Shown here one piece after another: positions 44,026 through 53,225 of a stretch of 64,000 nt of DNA. Origin of the DNA: a virus; the IMG/VR virus record IMGVR_UViG_3300027793_000055, positions 123,751-187,750 of that record. One strand, written 5' to 3'. Position 1 is the first letter of the stretch. Every line of letters begins with the position of its first letter. The position numbers and the translations under genes are program-made. The notes under the pieces are model-generated. The model was not told where the DNA came from. It did no database searches and saw only the letters and a list, made by a program, of their open reading frames with translations.

Positions 44026-45462
44026 TCAATCTTGATCTATTGCTGTATCTTTTACCACTTTTTCCGTTGAAGGTGTTAGCTTCTCCGCTAATTTAACTGC
44101 CCTTTCGCCCTCTTCACCACGTCCTTCTTGAGTCGAAGTTAAGTAATTTTGTAATGAAGAAGTGAAATCAGCTAGGTTATTAAAAATTTCTGTAATACTA
44201 GCATCTAACGATTTAACGGCATTTTCTATAATTGTTTTTATCTTTTCATCAGAAAATTCTATCACAATCTTTTCTTGTAAATAGTTATCTACGAATTTCA
44301 TCCAATGACCGTATGGAATACGAAATTCTGATTCAAGTGCCTTACTGGTGGGTTTTTCCTTGGAAATCTGTTCACCAGAAAAGTATTTTATTAATTCTAG
44401 AACTTTAGGCGAACGTGGTAATTGTTTTAAAGGTTCAATTATATAAAACAAAGATTTTGGATTTAAATTATTAACAAACTCACGGAATTGTCCAGATTTA
44501 GGTAATTTAAAATTGTTAGCTTCTAATACTTGAAATGCTAAAATACCCATTTCTTTATGAGAGGGAGTCTTATTGCCTTGTAACTTAGTGATACCATCTC
44601 TTAAAATACTAGCAGCTTCTTCTGAAAGTCCACTCTCAATATCGAGAACGTTCGGTTCTTCTGTTTCAGGCTGTTCTTTTAAGCCAACAAATCCTTCCTT
44701 TATTAAATTGTCTGGTAATTGTAGTTTGCCCGTCTGTGCATCCGTTGGTATTGTACCAGGACTTAATTGCAGAAATTGATTGATATTTTCAGCATTAACA
44801 ACAAATCTGTAAACTTCCATCTTACCAACAGCTGTTTTTGCTCCAGAAGAATTTTTTAAATATACATCAAAATATACACTATCATTCAAATTAATAGAAC
44901 TAATTAAATTGGCAACACTGCCTTTTATGATTGGCCCTTCTCCCTTTTCGCCATATGAAACTGTTTTAAGAGAAACAGGAATTCCACCATCAGTAATATC
45001 GCCAATATCACCTTCAGCATTTCCCTTGATGGCAGTTTTTTGTACGCTACCATAAATAACACTTAAGAACGCTTCATTAATAAAACCCGCTGGAGAAGGC
45101 TGGAAAGACTTAAACATTCTGTTTAAAGTCTCAAGAAGTATGATTTGTGAAATAATTCTTCTTGGATTTTTAACATCAGCACCAGATGCGATTTGTTCCA
45201 TCTGATTTCTAATCATCTTCAATCTTTCAAATGGATTTGAACCGCCACGTGTTGCAGAATCTACGATTCTTATCAACTCGTTTCTTTCAACTGTATCTAG
45301 TTTACCCCAATTTTCAGAAATTTGTAATTGTGGTAATTTTAAAACTCGTTCTTGAGTTTGTGGTTGTTCCTCTTGAACAAGCTTCTTAGCACCAACCTTA
45401 ATCTTTTGGGTTTCTTCCAAAAGATCGGCCATCTTCCATATTTCTTCCAGCGTAAGTTTCAT
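44026..45462 (-). CDS. large-phage (probable virion) protein, possible restriction-endonuclease-like domain
   Basis: AGFINEAFLS..GDITD...SLKT pattern. Confidence 0.65.
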   Translation of the reverse strand: MKLTLEEIWKMADLLEETQKIKVGAKKLVQEEQPQTQERVLKLPQLQISENWGKLDTVERNELIRIVDSATRGGSNPFERLKMIRNQMEQIASGADVKNPRRIISQIILLETLNRMFKSFQPSPAGFINEAFLSVIYGSVQKTAIKGNAEGDIGDITDGGIPVSLKTVSYGEKGEGPIIKGSVANLISSINLNDSVYFDVYLKNSSGAKTAVGKMEVYRFVVNAENINQFLQLSPGTIPTDAQTGKLQLPDNLIKEGFVGLKEQPETEEPNVLDIESGLSEEAASILRDGITKLQGNKTPSHKEMGILAFQVLEANNFKLPKSGQFREFVNNLNPKSLFYIIEPLKQLPRSPKVLELIKYFSGEQISKEKPTSKALESEFRIPYGHWMKFVDNYLQEKIVIEFSDEKIKTIIENAVKSLDASITEIFNNLADFTSSLQNYLTSTQEGRGEEGERAVKLAEKLTPSTEKVVKDTAIDQD

Positions 45463-45472
45463 TAACTAAGCC

Positions 45473-46156
45473 TCACTCAGCGATTTTATCGGCAATACCA
45501 TAACTGATTGCTTCTTCTGCGCTAATATAAATATTACGCTTTTCGTCAATTAACTTCTTAATTCGCGCTGTTTTCATTTTTGTTTCTTTTGCAAGAGCCT
45601 CAATATACATTTCTTGCATCATCGAAATCTCTTGAAACTCGTTTTCAATATCGTGAATACCGCCCATAGCACCAGCCTGAACAGGGTGAATCATAACACG
45701 ACAATTCTGTCCAATCTCACGCAAACCTTTTGTGCCCGTTGCCATCAATAGTACACCGGCACTCATAACCTTTCCCATTCCAAGAGTACGAATCTTAATA
45801 TCTTTCTTAACAAGATTCATCGTATCATAGATAGAAAACATATCACTAGCTGACCCACCGTGTGTTGAAACAAGAAAATCAAGTGGTTGATTGATCTTAT
45901 CAATTACTTCTGCGAGAAGAGCATCATTTTTACCTTTAAGTTTAGCAGTAAAATGCTGTGGTAGTCGAACTACCTGATCTCGAAAATGAAAAAGTGACAA
46001 AACAATCTCTTTACCACGCTTTTCATTAACATCACCATAAAGAGAAATAAGGTTCATCTCCTGAATGAAAACAGGATCCTCTTCAAGTTCCTCTAATTCT
46101 TCATTAACATGTTCTTCTTCTAGATTTTTCTTTTTACGAGTTACCATTTGTTTCAT
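45473..46156 (-). CDS. clpP: ClpP-family protease subunit
   Basis: STHGGS, GKVMSAG, RVMIHP, YISAEEAISYGIAD. Confidence 0.85.
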   Translation of the reverse strand: MKQMVTRKKKNLEEEHVNEELEELEEDPVFIQEMNLISLYGDVNEKRGKEIVLSLFHFRDQVVRLPQHFTAKLKGKNDALLAEVIDKINQPLDFLVSTHGGSASDMFSIYDTMNLVKKDIKIRTLGMGKVMSAGVLLMATGTKGLREIGQNCRVMIHPVQAGAMGGIHDIENEFQEISMMQEMYIEALAKETKMKTARIKKLIDEKRNIYISAEEAISYGIADKIAE

Positions 46157-46584
46157 CCTTTGTTTCTAAATTCGGTACTATTATGTGTCTTAGCACCAAG
46201 ACCATCTACAATTTTAATACCCAGTTTGTTGCATATTTCAACTTCTGGAATATTACTGACAAATCTATCTCCACCTTTAGCAAAGATAAATTCTACATCA
46301 TCACCTAAAACCAAAGTTTCATGTAAAACAACAGCTTCAATTGATTGACAGACACTAGAATCGGTATCTACCGATAACACTACATCATCAACAACACGAA
46401 GTGCTTTTATGATTTGCATACGAAAATCTTCATCCTGAAAGATTTTTCCAATCTTTAGTTTTTGTTGATGATCGTTATTAACGATGACAACTAACTTATC
46501 ACCTAACTTTTTTGCCATCTCTAAACATTCTATATGTCCCGGATGAATAGGGTTAGCATACATAGAAGTTATAACTATTTTCAT
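46153..46584 (-). CDS. cytidylyltransferase-family (HIGH) protein
   Basis: NPIHPGH, AKKLGDKLVV, FAKGGDR. Confidence 0.85.
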   Translation of the reverse strand: MKIVITSMYANPIHPGHIECLEMAKKLGDKLVVIVNNDHQQKLKIGKIFQDEDFRMQIIKALRVVDDVVLSVDTDSSVCQSIEAVVLHETLVLGDDVEFIFAKGGDRFVSNIPEVEICNKLGIKIVDGLGAKTHNSTEFRNKG

Positions 46585-46587
46585 TTT

Positions 46588-46971
46588 TTAGCCTTTACAG
46601 GTACGACTATTATGACCTGTTTTACCACACTTACCACAGGTACGACCAGATTGTTTAGCTGTTTTTACAGGTGTTTTCGCATCTTTACGAGTTTTACGTT
46701 GTTTCTTTTGAATAACAGCTGTTTTAATAGGTTTACCGCTATCATCGGTTAAGATAATTGGCAAGGTTTTTGCAAAATTAAACCAAAGTTTTGGATCTGT
46801 ATATTCTTTCCGAAAAATATTAAGAATATCACCAGCTTTAGAAAAACCAGTTGCAATTTGTCGCCAATCTTGTAGAAATTGGTCAAGTTGTTTAAATTCT
46901 GAATTATTCTTGAATTTAAGCTGAAGATTATAGGTTTTTGAATCTGTTTTCCAGATGCAGCCTTCGATCAT
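46588..46971 (-). CDS. basic protein with C-terminal CCHC zinc knuckle
   Basis: CGKCGKTGHNSRTC. Confidence 0.75.
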   Translation of the reverse strand: MIEGCIWKTDSKTYNLQLKFKNNSEFKQLDQFLQDWRQIATGFSKAGDILNIFRKEYTDPKLWFNFAKTLPIILTDDSGKPIKTAVIQKKQRKTRKDAKTPVKTAKQSGRTCGKCGKTGHNSRTCKG

Positions 46972-46986
46972 AAAGCCTCCGCTCCT

Positions 46987-47015
46987 ATCCTAACACGTCT
47001 CGACTTGTCTGTCAA
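46987..47015 (-). promoter_or_regulatory. sigma70 promoter P12
   Basis: TTGACA-17-TAGGAT. Confidence 0.8.
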
Positions 47016-47030
47016 GCTCTTTACAAAAGT

Positions 47031-47051
47031 AAAAGCCCCAAAAAGGGGCTT
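47031..47051 (-). terminator. intrinsic terminator
   Basis: AAGCCCC/GGGGCTT + T-tract. Confidence 0.7.
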
Positions 47052-47078
47052 CTACCGGAGTTTAGTCTCTAACTATAA

Positions 47079-47891
47079 TCAGGCTTTTTTAAGTTTTTCT
47101 GCTACTTTAGCAGCAACTTTCTTTACGAGATCTTGCTTAGTTAAGGCTGGTTTTTTTGATTCCATAAGACGACCTTTAACACGTTTTACGGTTTCAGCTA
47201 CGATTGCTTCAAGTGCAGCTTCATCAAGAGCACCCTCTTCATCTTCTGAATCCATTTCTGGTTCCATTTCTGGTTCCATTTCAACTTCAGTTTCTTCACC
47301 TTCATCTTCTACTGAAATAACGTCAGCAGCACCTGGAACTTTTTCAGTAATAACACGAATAAGTTCTTTTACAAGACCTTCAACATCAAGACCACCAGCA
47401 CCCATATCACCTTCTGGTGCAGCATCCATTTCTGGTGCTTCAACATCTTCTGAGCCTTCTTCTGGCATATCTTCTTCTTTTACAAGACCTTTGCCACTTG
47501 AACCATTTTTGGATGATTTACTGGCTGGTGACATTTTTGCACCACCCTTGGTCTTTACTTTGCCAACAAGTGCTTTTGCTTCATTTACACCTTCTGGTGC
47601 TCTTTCATCTGCTCTGCGATCTTGAGCATCAAATGGCATTTGACCGCCACCTTCTTCAAGTTCTTCTTTACCTTCTTCTAAATCTTCAACTTCTTCTTCT
47701 AGTCTTTCACCTTCTGAATCTGAAGATTCTTCCACCTTCTTTTTGCCATAGACTTCTTTTACATCTTTCTTGGCTTCTTCAAGATCTTTTTGTTCTTCAC
47801 TTTCTTTCAAAAATGAATTTGTTAATGGCTGCAATCCTGCAATTTTCATAAATTTGCGAACTGCTTGTTCTTCTAATAATTTCTTTGACAT
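47079..47891 (-). CDS. acidic probable head/scaffold-associated protein
   Basis: many L-x-E sites, VRKFMKIAG leader; ACTATTTA upstream. Confidence 0.7.
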   Translation of the reverse strand: MSKKLLEEQAVRKFMKIAGLQPLTNSFLKESEEQKDLEEAKKDVKEVYGKKKVEESSDSEGERLEEEVEDLEEGKEELEEGGGQMPFDAQDRRADERAPEGVNEAKALVGKVKTKGGAKMSPASKSSKNGSSGKGLVKEEDMPEEGSEDVEAPEMDAAPEGDMGAGGLDVEGLVKELIRVITEKVPGAADVISVEDEGEETEVEMEPEMEPEMDSEDEEGALDEAALEAIVAETVKRVKGRLMESKKPALTKQDLVKKVAAKVAEKLKKA

Positions 47892-47956
47892 TACTAAACT
47901 CCTTTTTTTAACAGTAAATCATAATTAAATAGTGTGCTTTTAGTGAAAATCCCTGT

Positions 47957-48421
47957 TTATTTGTCTTTTAGGTCAATTGAACGTTGAATTTCACGCATTT
48001 CTCTCATTAACTGAGATTGTTCACGAATAACAATTCGCTGACTTTCTAACATTTCTTCTAGTAAACGTGTTTGTAGTTCACTATTTTTTGCAATAGCTGC
48101 AACTGCTCTTGCATTGTCACGTAATACATTTTCAAGACTTTGACGAATATACCAAACTTTAACACCATCTTGATCGTCTTTATCGTGCCATTCATAAAGC
48201 GTATGAGTTTGTTTTGCAACACTATCGATCTTACTTTTAAGATCTTTTGTTTCTACAACAACCGTATTCATCTGCTCAGAAATACTTTTTAATTTTATTT
48301 CGCTGCTTTGTAGATTTTTATTGCTTAAAAAAGCAAATACTTCTCTTGCCACAACTAATACCAAAGCTGCCAAAAGACCAACAACTGTAAGTTCACTGCT
48401 ACCCATAACTGATGGTGTCAT
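47957..48421 (-). CDS. single-TM coiled-coil membrane protein (holin-like)
   Basis: N-terminal hydrophobic helix; ACTAATTA upstream. Confidence 0.65.
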   Translation of the reverse strand: MTPSVMGSSELTVVGLLAALVLVVAREVFAFLSNKNLQSSEIKLKSISEQMNTVVVETKDLKSKIDSVAKQTHTLYEWHDKDDQDGVKVWYIRQSLENVLRDNARAVAAIAKNSELQTRLLEEMLESQRIVIREQSQLMREMREIQRSIDLKDK

Positions 48422-48444
48422 AAAAAGTACCTCAAATACTATAA

Positions 48445-48684
48445 TTAGTCTTCAAGTACCTTCATTCCTTTTTTTATCTTACGTACTGCATTATCTTCAA
48501 TTTGCTTGATTCGCACAAAGGATACACCAAGACGATCAGCTATCTGACGTAAAGTCATTGGTCCATTCTTTTTTATTGCTATTAGATCACAATTATGATC
48601 TTCTGAATGTTCAATCCAATTCTTACATTCTTTAAAAGGACAATCAACACTAAGTTCTAAACATTTTTCTGAGCATTCTTTCAT
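48445..48684 (-). CDS. Cys-rich protein with sigma70 region-4-like HTH
   Basis: MTLRQIADRLGVSFVRIKQIEDNAVRKI. Confidence 0.75.
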   Translation of the reverse strand: MKECSEKCLELSVDCPFKECKNWIEHSEDHNCDLIAIKKNGPMTLRQIADRLGVSFVRIKQIEDNAVRKIKKGMKVLED

Positions 48685-49016
48685 TTGTCATCCTCAAATA
48701 AGTCATAGATATCTTCAATTTCATTTTGATTTAATTTAAACTGTCTACCAACAAGACGCATCTTTTCTCTCTCTTTTTTGATAATCTCTGTACGATACTT
48801 AAATCGTTCCTCTTTAACTGCCTCATCGATTATTTGTAGCAGCCTATCATCATCACGAAGAAAAGCATCAATTAAGATATGAAAAAATCTACGAAAAGAT
48901 ACGTTCTCATGTTTCGCTTTAAGCAAAAAATCTGCATACATTTTTTCCGGAAATCTTAAATGTACCTGTCGTAAATTCTTAATTTCCTGTTGAATTATTG
49001 ATGATTGCTCTGTCAT
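48681..49016 (-). CDS. hypothetical protein, possibly ribbon-helix-helix
   Basis: RQVHLRFPEKMYADF. Confidence 0.65.
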   Translation of the reverse strand: MTEQSSIIQQEIKNLRQVHLRFPEKMYADFLLKAKHENVSFRRFFHILIDAFLRDDDRLLQIIDEAVKEERFKYRTEIIKKEREKMRLVGRQFKLNQNEIEDIYDLFEDDK

Positions 49017-49024
49017 TATTTATA

Positions 49025-50062
49025 TTATTTCTTATTTAAGATATGTGTATAGCTCTCGGAAGCACCGGCACTTGTCTGTTGAATAAACTGTATTTTACCA
49101 GCAAGTTCATGGAAATTCCTTGCACCAGCATATGAATAGCCACTTTGAATATTTCCACGAATATCTTGAAGAATGTTTACAACTGAACCTTTGTGTTTGA
49201 TAAAGGTTGAAATACCTTCTGGTGCTGAACTTTTACCGCGCCAATCAGTTTGTGCTTCACGAGAAGCCATACCACGATAGTTCTTCATCTTTACACCATT
49301 ACCATCAGTAAAAGTTTCTCCTGGACTTTCATCTGTTCCAGCAAGCATACTTCCACACATTACAAAGTGAGCACCGGCAGCAAATGCTTTTACCATATCT
49401 CCACTATTCTTGATACCACCATCTACAATAAGTTTTGTTTTTCCACTCTTATATGCCTGTGTTTGGACACAATCAAAAATAGCAGAAAGATTAGGAACAC
49501 CAAAACCGGTTTGTAGGCGTGTTGAACAAATTGATCCCCCACCTATACCAACACGGATACTATCTGCACCCCAATCACTTAAATCTTGGAAAGCCTTTCC
49601 AGTTGCCACATTTCCAGCCATAAGATGAAATGCATTGCGACTTGGATGGTTTTTTATCTTTTCTATTGCTTCCTTGACATTTTGATGATGACCATGTGCA
49701 ACATCAATACAAATAATATCAACACCACATTTTACTAGTTCGTGAGTTCTTTCATAAAAGTCACCAGTTGAACCAACGGCAGCGCCAACAAACTTAACAC
49801 CTTTATTTTTTGCTTCCCATACAAGTTTTGCTTGCTGTTCAAGAGAGTTGTAACGATGAATAATACCAACACCTCCCGCTGCCGACATAGCAAGTGCCAT
49901 ATCAACTTCTGTAACAGTATCCATTGGTGATGAAATAACTGGAAGTGATAATTGAATACTTGGTCCTAAATTAAGTGATAGATCGACCTCACTTCGGCTC
50001 ACAATAGAACTAAATTTTGGAACCAACAATACGTCATCAAAGGTTAGAGATTTCTGGAACAT
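49025..50062 (-). CDS. IMPDH/GMP reductase family (no CBS), probably GMP reductase
   Basis: LTFDDVLLVP, SSPMDTV, DVAHGH, GIGGGSICST, YRGMAS. Confidence 0.9.
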   Translation of the reverse strand: MFQKSLTFDDVLLVPKFSSIVSRSEVDLSLNLGPSIQLSLPVISSPMDTVTEVDMALAMSAAGGVGIIHRYNSLEQQAKLVWEAKNKGVKFVGAAVGSTGDFYERTHELVKCGVDIICIDVAHGHHQNVKEAIEKIKNHPSRNAFHLMAGNVATGKAFQDLSDWGADSIRVGIGGGSICSTRLQTGFGVPNLSAIFDCVQTQAYKSGKTKLIVDGGIKNSGDMVKAFAAGAHFVMCGSMLAGTDESPGETFTDGNGVKMKNYRGMASREAQTDWRGKSSAPEGISTFIKHKGSVVNILQDIRGNIQSGYSYAGARNFHELAGKIQFIQQTSAGASESYTHILNKK

Positions 50063-50327
50063 TTTCTTTCCTTTCGTTAAAATTAGTAATCATTTTCTGT
50101 AATGATTTCTGTGCCTTATCCCAGCACTCTGGACAATAAACTTTTACACTCTGTTCGGCATTTTTTACAACGACAAACCAGCTTTGTACCTGTTGTTTAT
50201 TCTTTCTGTCAAAGGCTGTTTCACAAGTATAACACTGATCGGGAAGCCTGTCAAACATATTCAGCTTTTGATTTAAATCTTTTTTTTGTTCTTTATGGGT
50301 TTGTTTATTTGGTTCTATTTTTTTCAT
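50037..50327 (-). CDS. conserved large-phage zinc-binding protein
   Basis: CYTC...YCPECW. Confidence 0.75.
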   Translation of the reverse strand: MKKIEPNKQTHKEQKKDLNQKLNMFDRLPDQCYTCETAFDRKNKQQVQSWFVVVKNAEQSVKVYCPECWDKAQKSLQKMITNFNERKENVPEISNL

Positions 50328-51021
50328 TGTTTATTCTTTCTAGAGATTTCTGATAATATTCCTCACTTATCTCCGTACCAATAAAACTTCTTTCGTTTCT
50401 TATGCAGGAAATAGCGGTTGTTGATGAACCGGCAAAAGGATCACAAACAATATCACCAATATTTGAATGTTTTTTAACAAGATCAGAGAATAGATCTACA
50501 GATTTTTGAGTTGGATGAAATCTATCTTTACCGTGGTAAATGGGATAAGAATAAATTCCATTATCATACTCGCTATTAAAAGTTGGTTTTGATTTTTTGA
50601 TTGCCAAAACAGCTACTTCTCTTGCGTTTGTTAAATAATTAATTTTAGAATTAATAGGTACCGGATTTGTCTTAACCCATTCAAGAAATCTTATTTGTTT
50701 AAATTTATTTGCTTCATATTCTTCTTTTAGTTCCTGAATTTTCCAAAGATCATAAAAGATAATACTGGTGCCTGTTGGTTTTAGAATTCTGTGAATTTCT
50801 GATAGAATTGATTTAAGATCTAATTGTTTTTCATCCCATTCACCAAATTCATAACTCATCTTAAATCTTTCAATTGTTTTCTCGCCTTTACTAGCAAGAA
50901 AACCAGTCTTTCTAGATATAAGATATGGTGGATCTGTCAATACTAAATCAACACTGTTATCTGGAATCTTTTTAAGAAACTCTAGACAGTCTAAATTATA
51001 TAAGTCACACTTTTGTGGCAT
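50305..51021 (-). CDS. DNA N6/N4 methyltransferase (beta class)
   Basis: DPPY, HPTQKS, DPFAGS; start moved to ATG 51021. Confidence 0.9.
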   Translation of the reverse strand: MPQKCDLYNLDCLEFLKKIPDNSVDLVLTDPPYLISRKTGFLASKGEKTIERFKMSYEFGEWDEKQLDLKSILSEIHRILKPTGTSIIFYDLWKIQELKEEYEANKFKQIRFLEWVKTNPVPINSKINYLTNAREVAVLAIKKSKPTFNSEYDNGIYSYPIYHGKDRFHPTQKSVDLFSDLVKKHSNIGDIVCDPFAGSSTTAISCIRNERSFIGTEISEEYYQKSLERINNEKNRTK

Positions 51022-51520
51022 ATTTGTAAATTTCTCCAGTGGATATTGTAGCACCAAGACGTGGATCTTTCAACGGCTTATTTGAAGTTTTCATTTTCAT
51101 AAACTTCTTTTTTAGTTTTGGCAACAATATTTCATAAACCTGAGTACCGCTCATCTTCCACGTTTCAACAATATTACCATTTTTATCAAAGCGAGAATAA
51201 AAGTGTTCCTCGTAACACAGGATTTTTTCTTCTTTCAGATATTTTTCTTGCTCTTCCCAAGTTTCTAGAACAGAAATACCATTATATGTTGCATTTATTT
51301 TATCACTAATTGTTGATTTATATTCAACTTTTTTACCTTCAGAATTAAAGGCATCTGCACCAGAATACGTTTGTGCTACTGTATGACCAAATTTAAATGC
51401 TTGATATATCTCTTTTCCACGAGCATAAGAAAAAGGATCACCAACACCATTTTCATAACATATTTTAGTTAATTTTTCAAAAAGTTCAACATACTGTTCT
51501 TTAAACGAACTCGTTGTCAT
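51005..51520 (-). CDS. putative restriction endonuclease (PD-(D/E)XK)
   Basis: GADA..VEYKS; overlaps the MTase gene. Confidence 0.5.
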   Translation of the reverse strand: MTTSSFKEQYVELFEKLTKICYENGVGDPFSYARGKEIYQAFKFGHTVAQTYSGADAFNSEGKKVEYKSTISDKINATYNGISVLETWEEQEKYLKEEKILCYEEHFYSRFDKNGNIVETWKMSGTQVYEILLPKLKKKFMKMKTSNKPLKDPRLGATISTGEIYKYATKV

Positions 51521-51818
51521 TTTGTATCTCTTTCTCTATTGTTCTTAAGTTATCAATAAATTTTTTAATATGACCTGCTGAATATCTAGATATTGGTTCT
51601 TCATAGTCACACCACAAAATGGTATATGATGTACTATCGATAAAGGTTTCTTTATAGAGTTGATAGTACTTATCTTCCAAATTTATTGGCTCAGTATTTA
51701 TTATTAGACCAAAAGTATATATTTTTTCGAAATCTTCCGGTTTCGCATCAAATATATTTATATTATTTTTTGGCCTTGTATGAATATCTACAACTAGTTG
51801 TCCTATTTGATACAACAC
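51501..51818 (-). CDS. SH3/KOW-like protein
   Basis: YQIGQLVVD. Confidence 0.7.
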   Translation of the reverse strand: MLYQIGQLVVDIHTRPKNNINIFDAKPEDFEKIYTFGLIINTEPINLEDKYYQLYKETFIDSTSYTILWCDYEEPISRYSAGHIKKFIDNLRTIEKEIQNDNEFV

Positions 51819-51883
51819 TCTACTTTAATTAGAGTGATATCTACTCAAACTCAAGAGTAGGATAGCGTACCTATCTCAAAAAG

Positions 51884-52378
51884 TCAAGTCATTTTGTTGG
51901 TCATGCTTTTCATTTGTGGTTGAACTGGAGTTTTACTTGGACCGCTAAACTCTATAATGATTGATGGAAATGGAGCACTATTTTTACTACCACCAAACTT
52001 CAATCTTCCACGAATAAATGTTATACTTTTACAAACAAATGGATCAAAACAAAACTCATGTATCCACTTACTATCCATTCTTGCTGGGACAAGAAGAATA
52101 CTTGTTGTGCCGTTGCTAAATGCTTCGTGATATGCTTTGCTTACCCATTCATATGTGCTACTGTATGGTGGATTGATAAAGACTGTTTCTCCACTCCAAC
52201 TTTGTGATAAGCCATTTTGTGCTTGTGTATAGTGTTTGGCACATTTATTATTTGTTCCATCACTTGCAGGATCAAGTGTAAAATTGTAGGTTTTATTTAG
52301 CTTATCAAATAACCATTGTGGTGTAGCCCACTCATCACTTTTGCTACTAAAAAGCACATTCATATCATTTTTGTTCAT
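51884..52378 (-). CDS. dam: phage N6-adenine DNA methyltransferase (T1/HP1 Dam family)
   Basis: DEWATPQ, LDPAS, NPPYS, RGRLKFG. Confidence 0.85.
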   Translation of the reverse strand: MNKNDMNVLFSSKSDEWATPQWLFDKLNKTYNFTLDPASDGTNNKCAKHYTQAQNGLSQSWSGETVFINPPYSSTYEWVSKAYHEAFSNGTTSILLVPARMDSKWIHEFCFDPFVCKSITFIRGRLKFGGSKNSAPFPSIIIEFSGPSKTPVQPQMKSMTNKMT

Positions 52379-52424
52379 ATAATATCCTATTAAAAATATT
52401 ATATTACTTAAAAAAACAAAAATT

Positions 52425-53123
52425 TTAAGCTATTTTTTTTAATAATTCTCTTGTTTGTTGCCAACCTTCTACATGTACAATAATAGAACCGGGTATTTCA
52501 AGACTGGCTATAGCTATATTTCTATCATTACCTCCGGTTGCCACGCGATCACCAAAAAAAGCTACTGGTCCTGTTATGTGTTTTAAAACTTGCTCTTTTC
52601 CTGTTCCTCTTGGATATATATCAATTGATATCTGGCCACCGGTATCAAATTGTAATTCTTTATAAACTGGTGCTAAAACTGTTTCAATGAGTTTATTTCT
52701 TTCATTTGATGTTTTTTCCCACTCTACATAATCCAAACGCTGTTGAAGTGTGCAGTTTCTACCAATAGTAGAAAAATTTACCATACCATTACGTATTTCT
52801 ATGTGCTGGCCGGCTTTATGTGGTACTTTAGATGCTGCCACAAGAGCTTCTAACGAATCTAACAGATTTTGTGGTGGCTGCCAAACATTATTAGCAACCA
52901 TCTCTCCATCAATATAAGTTTCATTACCAGAACAAGAAAATACGGCTTGACAAGCTTTTAGTATTTTTTCTGGTAATTGTTCTTGTAGCTTCTTGTAATC
53001 TGAACCAGATACAAGATAAACCTTATTTTTCAAAGTAAACTGGAAGAATTCTTCTATAAATTCAGCCTTCATTGGAAGCCGATTTGGAGTTAAAGTACCA
53101 TCAACATCAAATAAAAAATTCAT
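52425..53123 (-). CDS. HAD phosphomannomutase-like
   Basis: FDVDGTLT, GGQISIDIYP, FFGD, GGND. Confidence 0.85.
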   Translation of the reverse strand: MNFLFDVDGTLTPNRLPMKAEFIEEFFQFTLKNKVYLVSGSDYKKLQEQLPEKILKACQAVFSCSGNETYIDGEMVANNVWQPPQNLLDSLEALVAASKVPHKAGQHIEIRNGMVNFSTIGRNCTLQQRLDYVEWEKTSNERNKLIETVLAPVYKELQFDTGGQISIDIYPRGTGKEQVLKHITGPVAFFGDRVATGGNDRNIAIASLEIPGSIIVHVEGWQQTRELLKKIA

Positions 53124-53160
53124 ACTATTTTTTCCTATGCAAATAACCTATTATTTGCTC

Positions 53161-53191
53161 AAACAAAGAAACCGCTATATAAATAGCGGTT
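53161..53191 (-). terminator. terminator hairpin containing GCTATTTA
   Basis: AACCGCTAT/ATAGCGGTT + T-rich tail. Confidence 0.65.
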
Positions 53192-53225
53192 AATAAGTAA
53201 AGAGGAATCTCTTTAAAAAACTGTA

